DNA from: Sphagnum compactum
Lineage: Eukaryota
Assembly (NCBI GenBank): GCA_965153455.1
Contig: OZ234493.1
Coordinates: 33,222,213 to 33,286,212, forward strand
Direction: 5' to 3'
Length of the DNA stretch: 64,000 bases
Shown here in pieces: positions 24,690 to 36,177 of this stretch. The notes beneath the pieces are model-generated. The model was given only the letters and a program-made list of their open reading frames with translations, was not told where the DNA came from and did no database searches. A program made the translations under genes and the position numbers. Every line of letters begins with the position of its first letter. The first letter of the stretch is position 1.

Positions 24690-27600
24690 TCAAGATCCAT
24701 CATCACTCTCATCACTGAAATAACCTGACTGCTTCTTGGGGCCCTGCAGTTGAAGTTTACCCACCAGATAGTAATTAAGACAAAATCTTTTCTCTTACCT
24801 CCCATGATGCACGACCAAACATTTAAGAGTCAATAAAAAAAGCATACCATGCTATGTCAGGAACCTTACTTTTTCCAAGATTTTGCATTCATTTGCTAGT
24901 AGACAGCAGACACAATTCAAACAAGACAAACTGTTCCCACACTACATGCCTAGAAGGTCTGCTCAATTGGCTCTAGGGCCAGAGAAAGAAAAAATCTGAC
25001 CTTCAAACCTCGTGAAGGTGGTGCATCTCTGCGGTTAGTGGCTTCAGAACCCACGCTCATCCTGCTCAGAAGAGGCACAGACAAAACTGACATATTAGCA
25101 GAAAATGAACAAGTATCCAAATTGAATCAATGGATACTCAACACATCACCTTCCATCATGATCAGATATACAAAAGAACATCTGAATGAAGGACAACTTG
25201 GAAGGCTCAAAACTGGCAGGTTGGTTCATAAAGTGGCATGTGTCTCACATCAAGACATGGAATTTCACACATGCTATCTTCATTGTTTAAAGGTGGCCAA
25301 ATATGCTTCTGAGAAAACTAAGCTAACTCACATGGTCACAAAAACAAGCAGACCAAACATAGTATTGGAGAACAGTTTGAATGGCAGAACGTAGATATGT
25401 CAAGGAGGAAGCAACAAGAGAAAGATATAAATTAAAATTGTGCACCAGACACATGACCCCTTGATCTAAAACCTTAAACAATGAGGACTGACATGGGAAC
25501 TTCAGCATACAGATCTGACAACTAACATGCAGCTACACTGAGGACAGCAAGGTTCATGTTACTACAACATGGAGAACCAAATTGAGATTCCCACCTGATC
25601 CTCTACTGAAGAAATTTCAGAATTGTGCAGTCAATTGCAAACTTCCAAAAGACAAGTTCTCTACTTACCGTGGAGCAACAACAGAAGCCCAATCGTCATC
25701 TTCAAATTGAGCTTCATCTACCTCCTCCTCACTGTGACAGAAATCCAGCATAATGTGTAAGAAGTAAGAAGTAAGAAGTAAAAATGCTTGCATCACAATG
25801 AACATATCTCTGAGATTGCAGAGAACACTTCAGAAGACAACTTTGAAGGTAACTGTTGTGTTGGTTCCAAGCCAAACCAAAAATTTACATGATAAGAATT
25901 GAGTATGGTCATAACCCTGTTAGTGTCGATCACCAGGTATCAGACCATCACCTTCATGATGAATGGTAGCAAGTAGGTACCACAACCCCCTACTGGCTTC
26001 ATCAGCTCCCAACAGTGGGTTTAGATAATTGTATAATTACATATGCAAAACTTTGGGCAAACAATTCTATATAAATCTGTGTTCTGCGATTCTGTTGCAT
26101 TTCCAGAAGCAACAGCAATACTCAGTCATGAAGACAGCTAGCACTCAAGAGGCATAACTCATAATTACAAACATCATTGATGTAAGGAACATCTTACAAC
26201 TGTTTAAAAAAACTTGCAACAATAATCTGGGAAAAACCAGGTACATGAGAGTTGGGCAGAAAACTGGAATGTGCTATACAGGGCAGCTTCACAGACAAAC
26301 AAATTTTTTTGTGATTGACATCCAGGCGCTTGAGGTCTACTCTCAATGCTCTACATACCTTTCATCCAGCTCTTGCTTGTCAGCCCCTGCAGTTTCAAAC
26401 TGTTCTTTCCGTCTCTTCTTTTGAATTGGCCGCTCCCTTGCTCCCAACTGGTTCCAGAGACATTCACAGACATTCCTATCAATTGTTGACACATGCAATT
26501 CTCACTCTGACCTCCACAATTCTTAGTTTATGGTCCAGTAAAATGGATTTGATTTGCTTCTGCCATGCCATTTAGATAAATTGGAAACTTCTTTTGTTGG
26601 CACTTCAGAAGAGCAAAGTTCAAAGAGTGATGACTCCTTGGAGGCATCCTTTGCTTATTTTGCAACTCTATGTGGAGTCACCAATATTCAAACCTGATTT
26701 TTAGGGCACTCATAGGAAAGGTGTCCCTCATCACCACATTCATAACACCTACTCTTGTCCTTGTATACCTGCCAACCCAGCCCACAACAGAGCCTCTCAG
26801 TTTATGCTTGTGAAATTAACTGGAGAAAGAAAGTCGAAAGAGATTGAAGTTCACAGGCATTCAATTGAGGTTTTAAAGGTCTGGTGCACAAGGATCAAAA
26901 TGGTATGTGTTTAGATATCTTGTTTAGGATAAGTGAAGATGAAATGTGTTAAACTGACTGGTGATCTACATGTGGGCACTACAATATGGGTTGATAGTGT
27001 ACAACTCTTCCTAACTATACTATCAAAACTTTGAGCTGTCAAAGTGCACAAATAAGAGACAGAAAGATAACCTCTGCCTTTCACCAACCTACCACTCTTT
27101 CTAACCCTAAACTTCAATGGTGACAAGTGGGTGCTACATACACGGCGCTTGATGAACTCCCGAGCACGTCCATTATCAGCTGCTATCGAGACCTTCAAAA
27201 CCCTCTTGTTCAAGATCTTCCCATTCATGACTTGAACCTACACCAACCACCCAATGGCAGCATAATGCCTCAGTTATCAGCAGCAACAGAGGAAGTTGAT
27301 GCAACTTCAGATCTCACATATACCACCAGGGAAAGGTGATTGGTTATTGTGCTTACATATGATGCGAACATGAACAAAAGCATGCTTCTTTTGGGGTTAT
27401 GACAAAGAATTCCCAAAGTTGAGGAACCTCACACCTTAGAGAAACTGCAAGAAGAAGGGCAGGGAAACTCACTCACAGCATTTTGAGCATCCTCCCGGGC
27501 TGTGTACAAAATGAAAGCCACACCTTTGCTTTGTCTCGTTTGCTTATCCTTCATGACAGTCACCCTGCATACATTAACCACAACATTAAAGTGAACCTCA

Positions 27601-28540
27601 AAACTAGGAATAAAGAGACAGCTGCATATATGCAGAAAACATTCACAAAGAGACATTGGAGTGTGTGCACAAAACATTCACAAAACATACATGTGTGTGT
27701 GTGTGTGTGTGTTTGCACAGAACATTCACAAAACCTACATCTGCGTACGTGAAGAAAACATCTGCTCATAGAAACCATAACAGGCAGCTGAGAAATACCT
27801 ACAGTAAAACTTTCACAGTGAGAAAGAGAAAAGAAACAACAGATTGTAGTACCAACAGGAAGCAGGAAAAGCAATACATACTCAGCTCTCAACATTCATC
27901 ATCATAACATCATGAACTATATCAAACAATAAGGAGGAGCAATCAAGGCATTTATATATCAATCATGACGAGCGAAAGATGAGAGATTCCACAACATCTA
28001 AGAAGCACAGTAGTAGTGCAAGCTCAACAGCAATCAGATGGTGGAGCATGTGAAACGACCTTCATATCAATGAAACACAAAAGGACAGAAACTGTGACAA
28101 TGGAAGCAAACATACTAAAGATTCAGCAGAAGAGTTCACACTAGATTGTGAAGCTAGCTAGCACTAGAGATTAGGGTTCTAGATCAGGGAGAAGAAAGAG
28201 GAAGAGGAGAAGAAGAGGAGAAGAAGAAGAGGAAAAGGAAGAAGATCACATACTTGCCGATCTTGCCACAAGTACTGAAGATAGTATGAATGTCACTGTT
28301 TGTCAGGGAGAAGTCGAGATTACTGACATAGATTGTGGATTTGGAAGGAACAAGACCGCCACTGCCCTGTTGTTGTTGCCTCTTCCCCGCACCGGCACCA
28401 GCTCCTCCTCCTCCGCCTTCCATCTTCCCCTTTTGAGATCCGGAGAGAAGACCTCTATAGTCATCATCAACATCATCATCCTCATAGTCTTCCTCCTCGC
28501 TGCTGTAATTCCTCCGCCTCCGCTGCCTTGCACTCGCCAT
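24690..28540 (-). CDS. ZCRB1: U11/U12 snRNP 31 kDa protein (RRM + CCHC knuckle), 8 exons, ~270 aa: 28540-28254, 27564-27477, 27237-27142, 26768-26694, 26447-26359, 25731-25669, 25061-25001, 24743-24690
   Basis: [23 protein letters not shown]..., [79 protein letters not shown]-terminal GYFSDESDD. All introns GT-AG, phases consistent (813 nt). Confidence 0.96.
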
Positions 28541-29194
28541 ATCGTCTTCACGTTCTTGTTCTCGTTACTCTTGTTCTCGTTCTTCTTGTTATTGTTCTTG
28601 GCTTCTTCTTCCTCGGAACTTGCTTGCTCTTCGTATTGTCTGTCGCCTATTCTCGCATGAACAAACAAAACAAACAAACAGAGCTCAACAAACATAAGAA
28701 AAAAACAAGCCACGACGGAAGACCTAGATTTTGTTCTTGGCCGTCGTCGTTGTCGCAACGGTGCTCTGAAGAATGCGTAGGGAAGTAGGTACGCGCATAA
28801 CCCTAACGACGCTCTCCTCTGCTGCAGCAGCAGCATCTCTCTTCTTCTCTGCCTGTCTACGATTGACCGTAGGGGGAGAGAAGAGAGATCGGAGATCGAG
28901 CTCACTACGTCTCGACGGATTCGCTGCAGACAGTGCGGCATGAAGGAGGTAACGAGACATGCAGCAGCAGCAGCAGCAGAACAACAACAAACGTTGCTTC
29001 TCAAAGCATGTGGGAGCATGAAAGATTAGAGCTTGTCGATGCAATAATAAGAAGCAGCAGCGACAACAGAACAGAGCCCCGAGACTGAGACACAGAGAGC
29101 CGAGAGAGAGATGTAGGCAGTGAAACAGAAGGGTTTTTGTATCCGTGAGCTTGAGGGAGCTAGCTGCTTTCTGAGAGCTCTCTTTTGCTGCTGC

Positions 29195-32100
29195 ATGCAT
29201 GCAAGCATGGTTGTGAATCAGCTGGAGTGTTGTGGTAATAGCAGCAGCAGCAGCTTGAAGAAGAAGAAGATGGTGGTAAGTGAAGCACACGCACCGATTG
29301 AGACTTCCTTTGTAGCGAGAAGTCCTTCTGCTGCCGCTGCTCCTCCTCCTTCTCCTGCTCCTCCTCGCTCACCCTACACCTGGCTGGACAAGCTTAGATT
29401 TCTCAAAGGCTTTCCTGAAGAGCCCAGAGTGGAGCTTTCAGAGTTTCTAACCGCGCTTGCAGTCAAGAACTCCACTTCTTCTTCGCTTCCAAAGCTCCCA
29501 AATTCCAAGACTTTTGTTGCTGTTGCTGCACCACCCATGGTGCAGCAGCAGCAACAGCTGGCGTCAAGGACAGTAGTGAAGGCTTCTGCTACGAATGGGA
29601 TCTTCTACATGGACTTGGGAGCTACCGAAGCAAACGGCAATGCAAGTGAGATGGAGATCCAGAAATGGGGCATCAAGGCAAGGACTTCCAGACTCAATGC
29701 TACTGTTCTTCCTTATGATCATCATCAGAACACAACAATAACAACAACAGTTTGTGCATCCAACTGCTGCATGGGTGGGGAGCTTGATGCAAGCACAGCA
29801 GCAGGAATTGCAGACAGCAAGCAGAGGAACAATAGCCCTTCCAAGCTCCTCGACTCCTCCTTTGTGAACGCAGGAGGAGGAGCACCACGTAGTTGTAAAC
29901 CCCCGCAGTTGCTGATCCAAGCTTCTTCTTCTCCATTGGATCTCTTTGGTATGGAGGATAGACGCAGCTCAAGCTCAGACTCAAGAAAGAAGCTCAGTAG
30001 AAAAGGGAGCAAGCTCTCCTTTCTTCCCCAATCTTGTGAGCAGCTAGGAAAGGAGGAGGAGGATGAGGAAGAGGCAGCAGCCATGGACTCGTCATCAGGG
30101 GAGAGAAGAAACAACAAGAACAATATGCAAACACAATCTGTGCAGGTAGTGAAAGCAAGTGACATGAATGCAAATCTGGTGCATCAAGGGAGGAGACCAA
30201 ACCCTAGTTTTCTTCCTCCTCCTCCCCCTCGTGCTGCTCTTCTTCCCCTTGGTTGTACTCAGGGAGTCAGTTTTGTTTCTGATGGATTCAAGAACCAGCA
30301 GCAGCAACAGCAGCAGCAGCATGGAGTATGGTCATCTGAAGAACATGACCGAGGTGTGGCACTGGAATCAACTGGCAGGGAGGCTGCATACAAAGGAGGA
30401 GCAAGGAGCTCAATCAACAAGAAGCTGGCAAAAAGACTGCACACCACAGTGGCTGCTACTTCAACTTTGACTGCTGCCGCTGCTTCTCAGCAATTGAAGA
30501 GGAAAGCTGCGGCATCAAACCAAATGGCATCCTCCATTTTAGAAAGGAGGCGCACAGGCAGCAGCAGTGGCAATTTTCTCAACAATAATTCAAGGATGGC
30601 AGGGAAGAAGCGGCGAGCCAACTCTGAGTTGCTTTTACCCCAAGTAAGTCTTGCTTTGCATGGGAGGGCGCTTTTGTTTCACCACCCACCCATGCTTTTG
30701 ATTTCATGAGTGTATAAGTTTGCAATGTTTCTCTTTTTGTTGGACTGACCCATTTACAGACACAAAAAAGGGTTTAGGGTTTAGTCCGTAACATCAGTGG
30801 CAACTTGTGTCCTGCATCTGTCTGGTCCTCTCAATGAACTCTTCTGCTTGAATTTCTTATGAGCTTTGGCTTGCAAATGATGTTGCTATATCTATGTGTC
30901 CACTCCTATGGCAACCCTATCCATTTTCTATATCAGCTCAAGCTTTTGATGGTAACAGGTTATTTTTGCTAGCTTGCTAGTCTTCATACCCAACAAAGAG
31001 CTTCTAGAGTAAAGCAGAGCTGGTGCAGCATTGCCATCCTCTCTCTCAAAGGGCTTCTTCTTAGTTAGAAGAAGAAGCTCTTTCTGCTCTGAGTCATGTT
31101 GATTTGTAAATAACTTGTCAATCTGTCAGAGAGAGCCAGTAACAAGAGAGGATGCCATCCTTTTGTTGTTTCCAGCAGATGAAAGATCAAGCATGCAAGG
31201 TTCTCAAGGTTGGTGAGCCATGGGTCTCTGTGGAAAGAAGTGCAGAAAGAAGGTGTGAACTCTCACTACTTGTTTTCTGTATCATCTGATGTTTGCTGTT
31301 AATGTTGCAAGTATGAAACTAGCAGTAAACTAACTGGAGACAAAAGAACCTTGGGACCTAGGGGGACAAGAAACGAGCTGCAAAAAATATTTCTGTGTTG
31401 GTCAAGACTTGAATACTTCTTATTTATTTGACTGGTAAAAAAAGAGATGTGGGTGCTGTATTGACATCTGTTCCCTGATGATGATGATGATGATGACTCA
31501 AGGTCCAGCACTGGAACAAAGAGCTTTGGTGCAGGACATGGTAAGTTCCCAGCTTTCCCTCTCTCTCTGTTAAGAATTTGTGTTGGCAGGGCAGGGTGGT
31601 ATTTCAAAGGGGTTCTTTTGCTTGGATGCAACACCTTTGCATCAACTCTTTGTATATGCATGCCCCTTGAGGATGCAGACTTTCAATACTGATTACTGGC
31701 CTCACTGCAAGGTAACTCTATATGCATGTGCTGAAAGACTATGCACAGTATATATGCACTAGATGTTCTCTTTCAGTGGCATCCATCCACTGTTCTGCTT
31801 GGCATCTACCCTTTGAAATTGAGAGATTCTTTACTTATACTTTGTTTTTGTTGAGCAGATGGAGGATGTGAATTGGGCAATGGCCCTTCACCACAGGAGG
31901 CACCAGTGCTGGAGCTAGCCTCAGACCACCCAAGTAAGAAGTCAAAGGATAGTTTGGTATACATCACATATCAGGTGTTTCTGCAAGCTGGGAAGACAGG
32001 TCTCACAGCCAGGGAAGCAGCATCACGTATTATTGACTGCGGATTAGCTGATATCTTTCATGGGCTTGTAAAGCCTCGGATAAAAATTGGCAAGATAATC

Positions 32101-32799
32101 CGCAATAATCCGTACTATTTCCAAGCTGGAGAGGGGAGATATATCTTGTTTGAGGCCATTGTAGGAGTTACTCAAACAGTTTCCATCCCACATCCTCCCA
32201 CAGAGGAAGAGTCTGCTGTGGCACCTTTGAGATCAAAGCCACAGAAAGAAATTGCACCAACACCATTAGATGCCAGGAAAGAAGCTGCTGCAATGGCACG
32301 AAGGAATGGGACAGCCAGGTACTGGGCACAAATGCATGCTAATGGGTGGACTCGAGGTCAAAAAGGACGAAATAAGAAGCTGGAAGTGGGTAAGTCCACA
32401 CCTGCAGCTGCAAGCACTAAGATTTCTGGGAGACCTGCCAAGAGTGGTGATACAGATCAGAAACTTGTCCAATCAGAAGAACATGCAGAACAGAACTTGG
32501 CACAGGAGCAGGTGGTTCAAGGGCAACTGAAACACTGGCTGAATGGCACAGTTCATATTGGCATGGGTCGGAAGCAATGCAGGCGCACAGATGGGAAGAA
32601 TTGGCAGTGCCCAGAACGGGCTGTATCAGGTACTAACTATTGTGGAAATCACCAATACAGGATGAAGCAGGCTGTTGAAACTAAAGGAGTCTTCCGGACT
32701 CCCCTCTTAAAGGACAAGGATGAAACAAATGAAAAGCATATTGAAGGTTATGAAGAAGTTCAGGATCAGAATACAGAACATGGGAACCTCATAGATTGA
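29195..32799 (+). CDS. Putative nuclear protein, ~830 aa: low-complexity N-terminus, HARE-HTH-like winged helix, WRC zinc finger; exons 29195-30643, 31179-31252, 31509(or 31503)-31540, 31859-32799
   Basis: Long ORFs 29120-30709 and 31873-32799 join through phase-consistent GT-AG introns. WRC motif CRRTDGKNWQCPERAVSGTNYCGNH; HARE-HTH-like segment SLVYITYQVFLQAGKTGLTAREAASRIIDCGL...IRNNPYYFQAGEGRYIL; basic NLS-like GKKRR. Start codon (29195, 29207 or 29270) and small internal exons are less certain. Confidence 0.8.
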
Positions 32800-33808
32800 G
32801 GGATTGTTATGGAAGATAATGTGTGCACCAACCAGGCTACTGAAGCAGCAGCAGCGAGAATGGCACAGTGGCAGCTACCTTTCAAGCTTAATAGAGAATG
32901 CAGTAATATTTAGCAAAAGGTGTTGGTAGGGCACTAGGCAGCAGAAACTATCCTCGTCTGCTTAAGGGAGAATCAACAAGGGGCAGGAAAAATTGATTTG
33001 GCGGTCTAGAACTCACTACTCATTTGTCAAGGTACAAAGCAAGGAAAAACCACCTTCAGAAGTTGTGTCATGTTACAAGCATAGATGGCCAAGGATTGCC
33101 TGATTTTTTAATCATTTAGATTGTCCTCAAAATTTGGTACCACATTTTGGGGATGTTCATCAGCTGTTGCTGTGAACTGGGATCTTCATCAGATGTTATT
33201 GTGAACTGTGAGTTCTGACATTTTTCAGGAACTCCATGGAACATTTCCTATTTTTAACTGTTGCGGGCTTGAACTTGCCATAGTGGGGCAGAGACATTTT
33301 TGCAGCAAATGTGTTAGCTACAAAGAGTCATTTCAATCAATCAGCTTCCAATTCTTGTCTTAAAACCTTTGGGGAACTACAAACCATTGCAAAATCCAAA
33401 CATGGGTGTGAAGCACAGACTCCCAGATTTTGATAGTACTAAGATTATAACCTTTGCAGAACCACCTTGGTGGGTACATCATGTCAATGTTATTATCCAA
33501 TAGTTTGACAATTCTTGTCCAACTGCTAAAATCCAAAACAATGGGTGGGTGCAAAACACATTTTTCCCAGATTTTAGTAGCAAATTACAATTAGTTTGTT
33601 CAGTGGTCATAAGTTTTATCTGCAATTTTGCAGCATAACTAGGAAGTAATCATCCTTTCACAGCCCAGGAGCAGCTTGCATGGCTTACTTGAAGAGGTCA
33701 AACTGCCTAAACTAATTATGCAAACAGCTAGTTAATTAAGCAAACAGTTAATGATCAGGCCCCAGAGTTTTTCCAATTGAACCATGCAGCTTTCGTTAAA
33801 AGAAAAAA

Positions 33809-36177
33809 TCAGTGCTGACCCCCAGGGCACCAGACGATGCTATGTTGAGGTGCTTGATAGAATCCCATCACCATGTACCACTGTGACCTGCACAGAAACC
33901 CAGAGAAAAATGCCACAAAATTTGAAGCAAAGAATTCATAAAGATCAGGTTTTGGTTCGTTAACAACACTACCAAATTTTAGCTGTTTGTCAGAACTTAA
34001 AACATTGGGTAGCACAAAACACAAAATTCATTTAGGTGATTCATTTACCTTAAAAGCTTGAGCTTGGCGGCAAGAAACCACTGGACCAGGCGCGGATAAA
34101 GACGTCCAGCGACATGGATAGCTGGTAGACGCCCTGACTTATGCTGCTGAGAGACTTCAGTAAACAGGAACACGAGAGCTTCTTCACTCTTGGCTAATGC
34201 ATGTCCCAACAGATTTAAACCTGTTGTGTATGCCCTGCAACAAACAACAATAATAAAATAAGCCCCCAAAAATGCATCAATAAAACAAGAGACGCCTGAA
34301 TCAAATTCTACTATGGATCAAGACATGACTCCATTCAAATTCCAGAAGATACAACAACGATACACCAACTACTAGAGTGTCTGGAACTCAATTCTGCAGC
34401 CCACTTACATTTTAAAGGGAAAATAAAAATTCTAGTTGCACAAACATTCCAATGGAATCTCCTCAAATAGTTCACTTTTTACACAGTCCCTGATGACTTA
34501 CACAATCTCATCATTCTGAGTCACCACCCACGTGGAGAATCCCTTCTGATGTGCTTCTCGCAGCTCATCCTCACGATCATAGCCCAGGGCTTGAAGGTGA
34601 AGCTTTGCGCATGCTGATATATCTTTCTCTTCCATTCGGCAAACCTTGGCACCTGAAGAGTATGAAAAATCCTCAATGGTCAATACCAATAAAATGCATT
34701 GGTGTTAAATCACCACCAATGCAGGCAGTGGCAGGCCGCATTGGCTGCATTTACCCAAGTAAATACAGTGGCTGCTGTATTGCACAGAATGAAAACAACT
34801 ACCTAGTAGCAGGTTTGACATGTATACCAGTGAGGGGGCTAAACCCTACAGCGGAGTTTGCAATGACAGCATTTTTGGGTGTGACTATGCCTGCAAATTC
34901 CATCCAACCTTCGACTGGGATGAAACCCAGATTTGCATACATGCTGAAACTTGTCATATTTGTCGCAGTCTGCCTCCCTCCCCACCCCCACCCAGCATGT
35001 TATAAACCACATTCTCATCTTGCACTTTTGAAGATCAATTGGCAAACATCCTGAGATAACATCAGTTGGCAGAGGAAACACCCACAAAAAACCAACACTT
35101 GGAAGGTAAGCAATCCTTCCAGAAAAACAAACTAACATGACAAAATAACAAGTGCAGTCATAACCTTGTGAGTTTAGCTCAACAAAATAGCAGACAGTTG
35201 AATTCATCCTGTTTTCACAAGCTTCGACAAAGCTCCTGATAAGAATGGAGGAGCAAAGGGATGTATGGAGACACTAACTCTTCAGCCATGTGAACATGAC
35301 ATGACAAAAAGTCGAGCACTCCAGGAAGATCCATGTCAAGCACACATTCGTGGAAGAAGATAGATCCTTTCTTACTTGTGAAAGACGGATTGATCTGGGA
35401 TTGGAAAGTTTGGCTTTGCGGATCAACTCCTGCATTATGGCTTTCCCCACCCCCTTGCTCTGTCGTGTGGGATCCACAAACACAGGTCCAACACCAGATA
35501 CCTCACCACCTGGGTTGGTTGTTGTGAGTTGTTAACCATCCAGCCACGATCGCCCCAGCAAACACCACCAGAAACATTCAGACAGATACACTCCAGCAAA
35601 CAAACAAACCCAAAAATACACACACACACACACACACACACAATGAAACCAGCCAGGAATTTCATGTCCCAAGAAGAAAGATGGTTGCTGTCATGATGCT
35701 TGATTTGGTATGGCAGTGGACACATGCAGCATTTGAATCTGTGCAGGGTTTAGGGTTTAGAAGAAGAAGAAGAAGAAGTGTTATGATCTATGGAGGAAGA
35801 AAATCGGCACTGAGTTTTGTTCTTCAATGAGAACAATTGGGTGGGTGGGTGGGTGCGTGGCGAAAGAGAAGAAGGAAATGTAGTAGACCGGTAGTGGTGA
35901 AAGCGGCGCCCAAGAGAGCTCCGGAGCTCTCCTCGACAGCAACCACACCAATCACAGAGGAGCTTGTGATAAACAGGTGAAGCATTGTCCATGCAGCTTG
36001 AGGACTGTCGAAAGCCACTTCGATGGGAATGCCCACTGACTTGTTGTAGTCGGCGTAACTCTGGTACGATATGTTGCTCAACTCCTCCAAATCCTCTAGT
36101 CGAGGCTCCCTCAAACTGATCCCCTGCGGCACCACCACCGCACTCTTTCCAAATCCCAGCTGCTGCTGCTGCTCCAT
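33809..36177 (-). CDS. Tandem-domain GNAT N-acetyltransferase, 6 exons, ~326 aa: 36177-35889, 35509-35376, 34969-34828, 34652-34502, 34234-34049, 33887-33809
   Basis: Acetyl-CoA motif A GVGPVFVDPTRQSKGVGKAIM, motif B SFSMYANLGF, second degenerate GNAT repeat (VCRMEEKDISACAKLH...AYTTGLNLLGHA...YMVMGFYQAP). All GT-AG, 981 nt in frame. Confidence 0.9.

Noticed and set aside
24284-24805. 173-aa minus-strand ORF
   Set aside because: Overlaps the last ZCRB1 exon in another frame and its 3'UTR; no recognisable domain.
25385-25430. Two ATATCT motifs in a ZCRB1 intron (minus strand) as a USSE-like tandem U11 site
   Set aside because: Neither matches RTATCCTT well and the spacing is long; expected by chance in AT-rich introns. 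All ZCRB1 introns here look U2-type.
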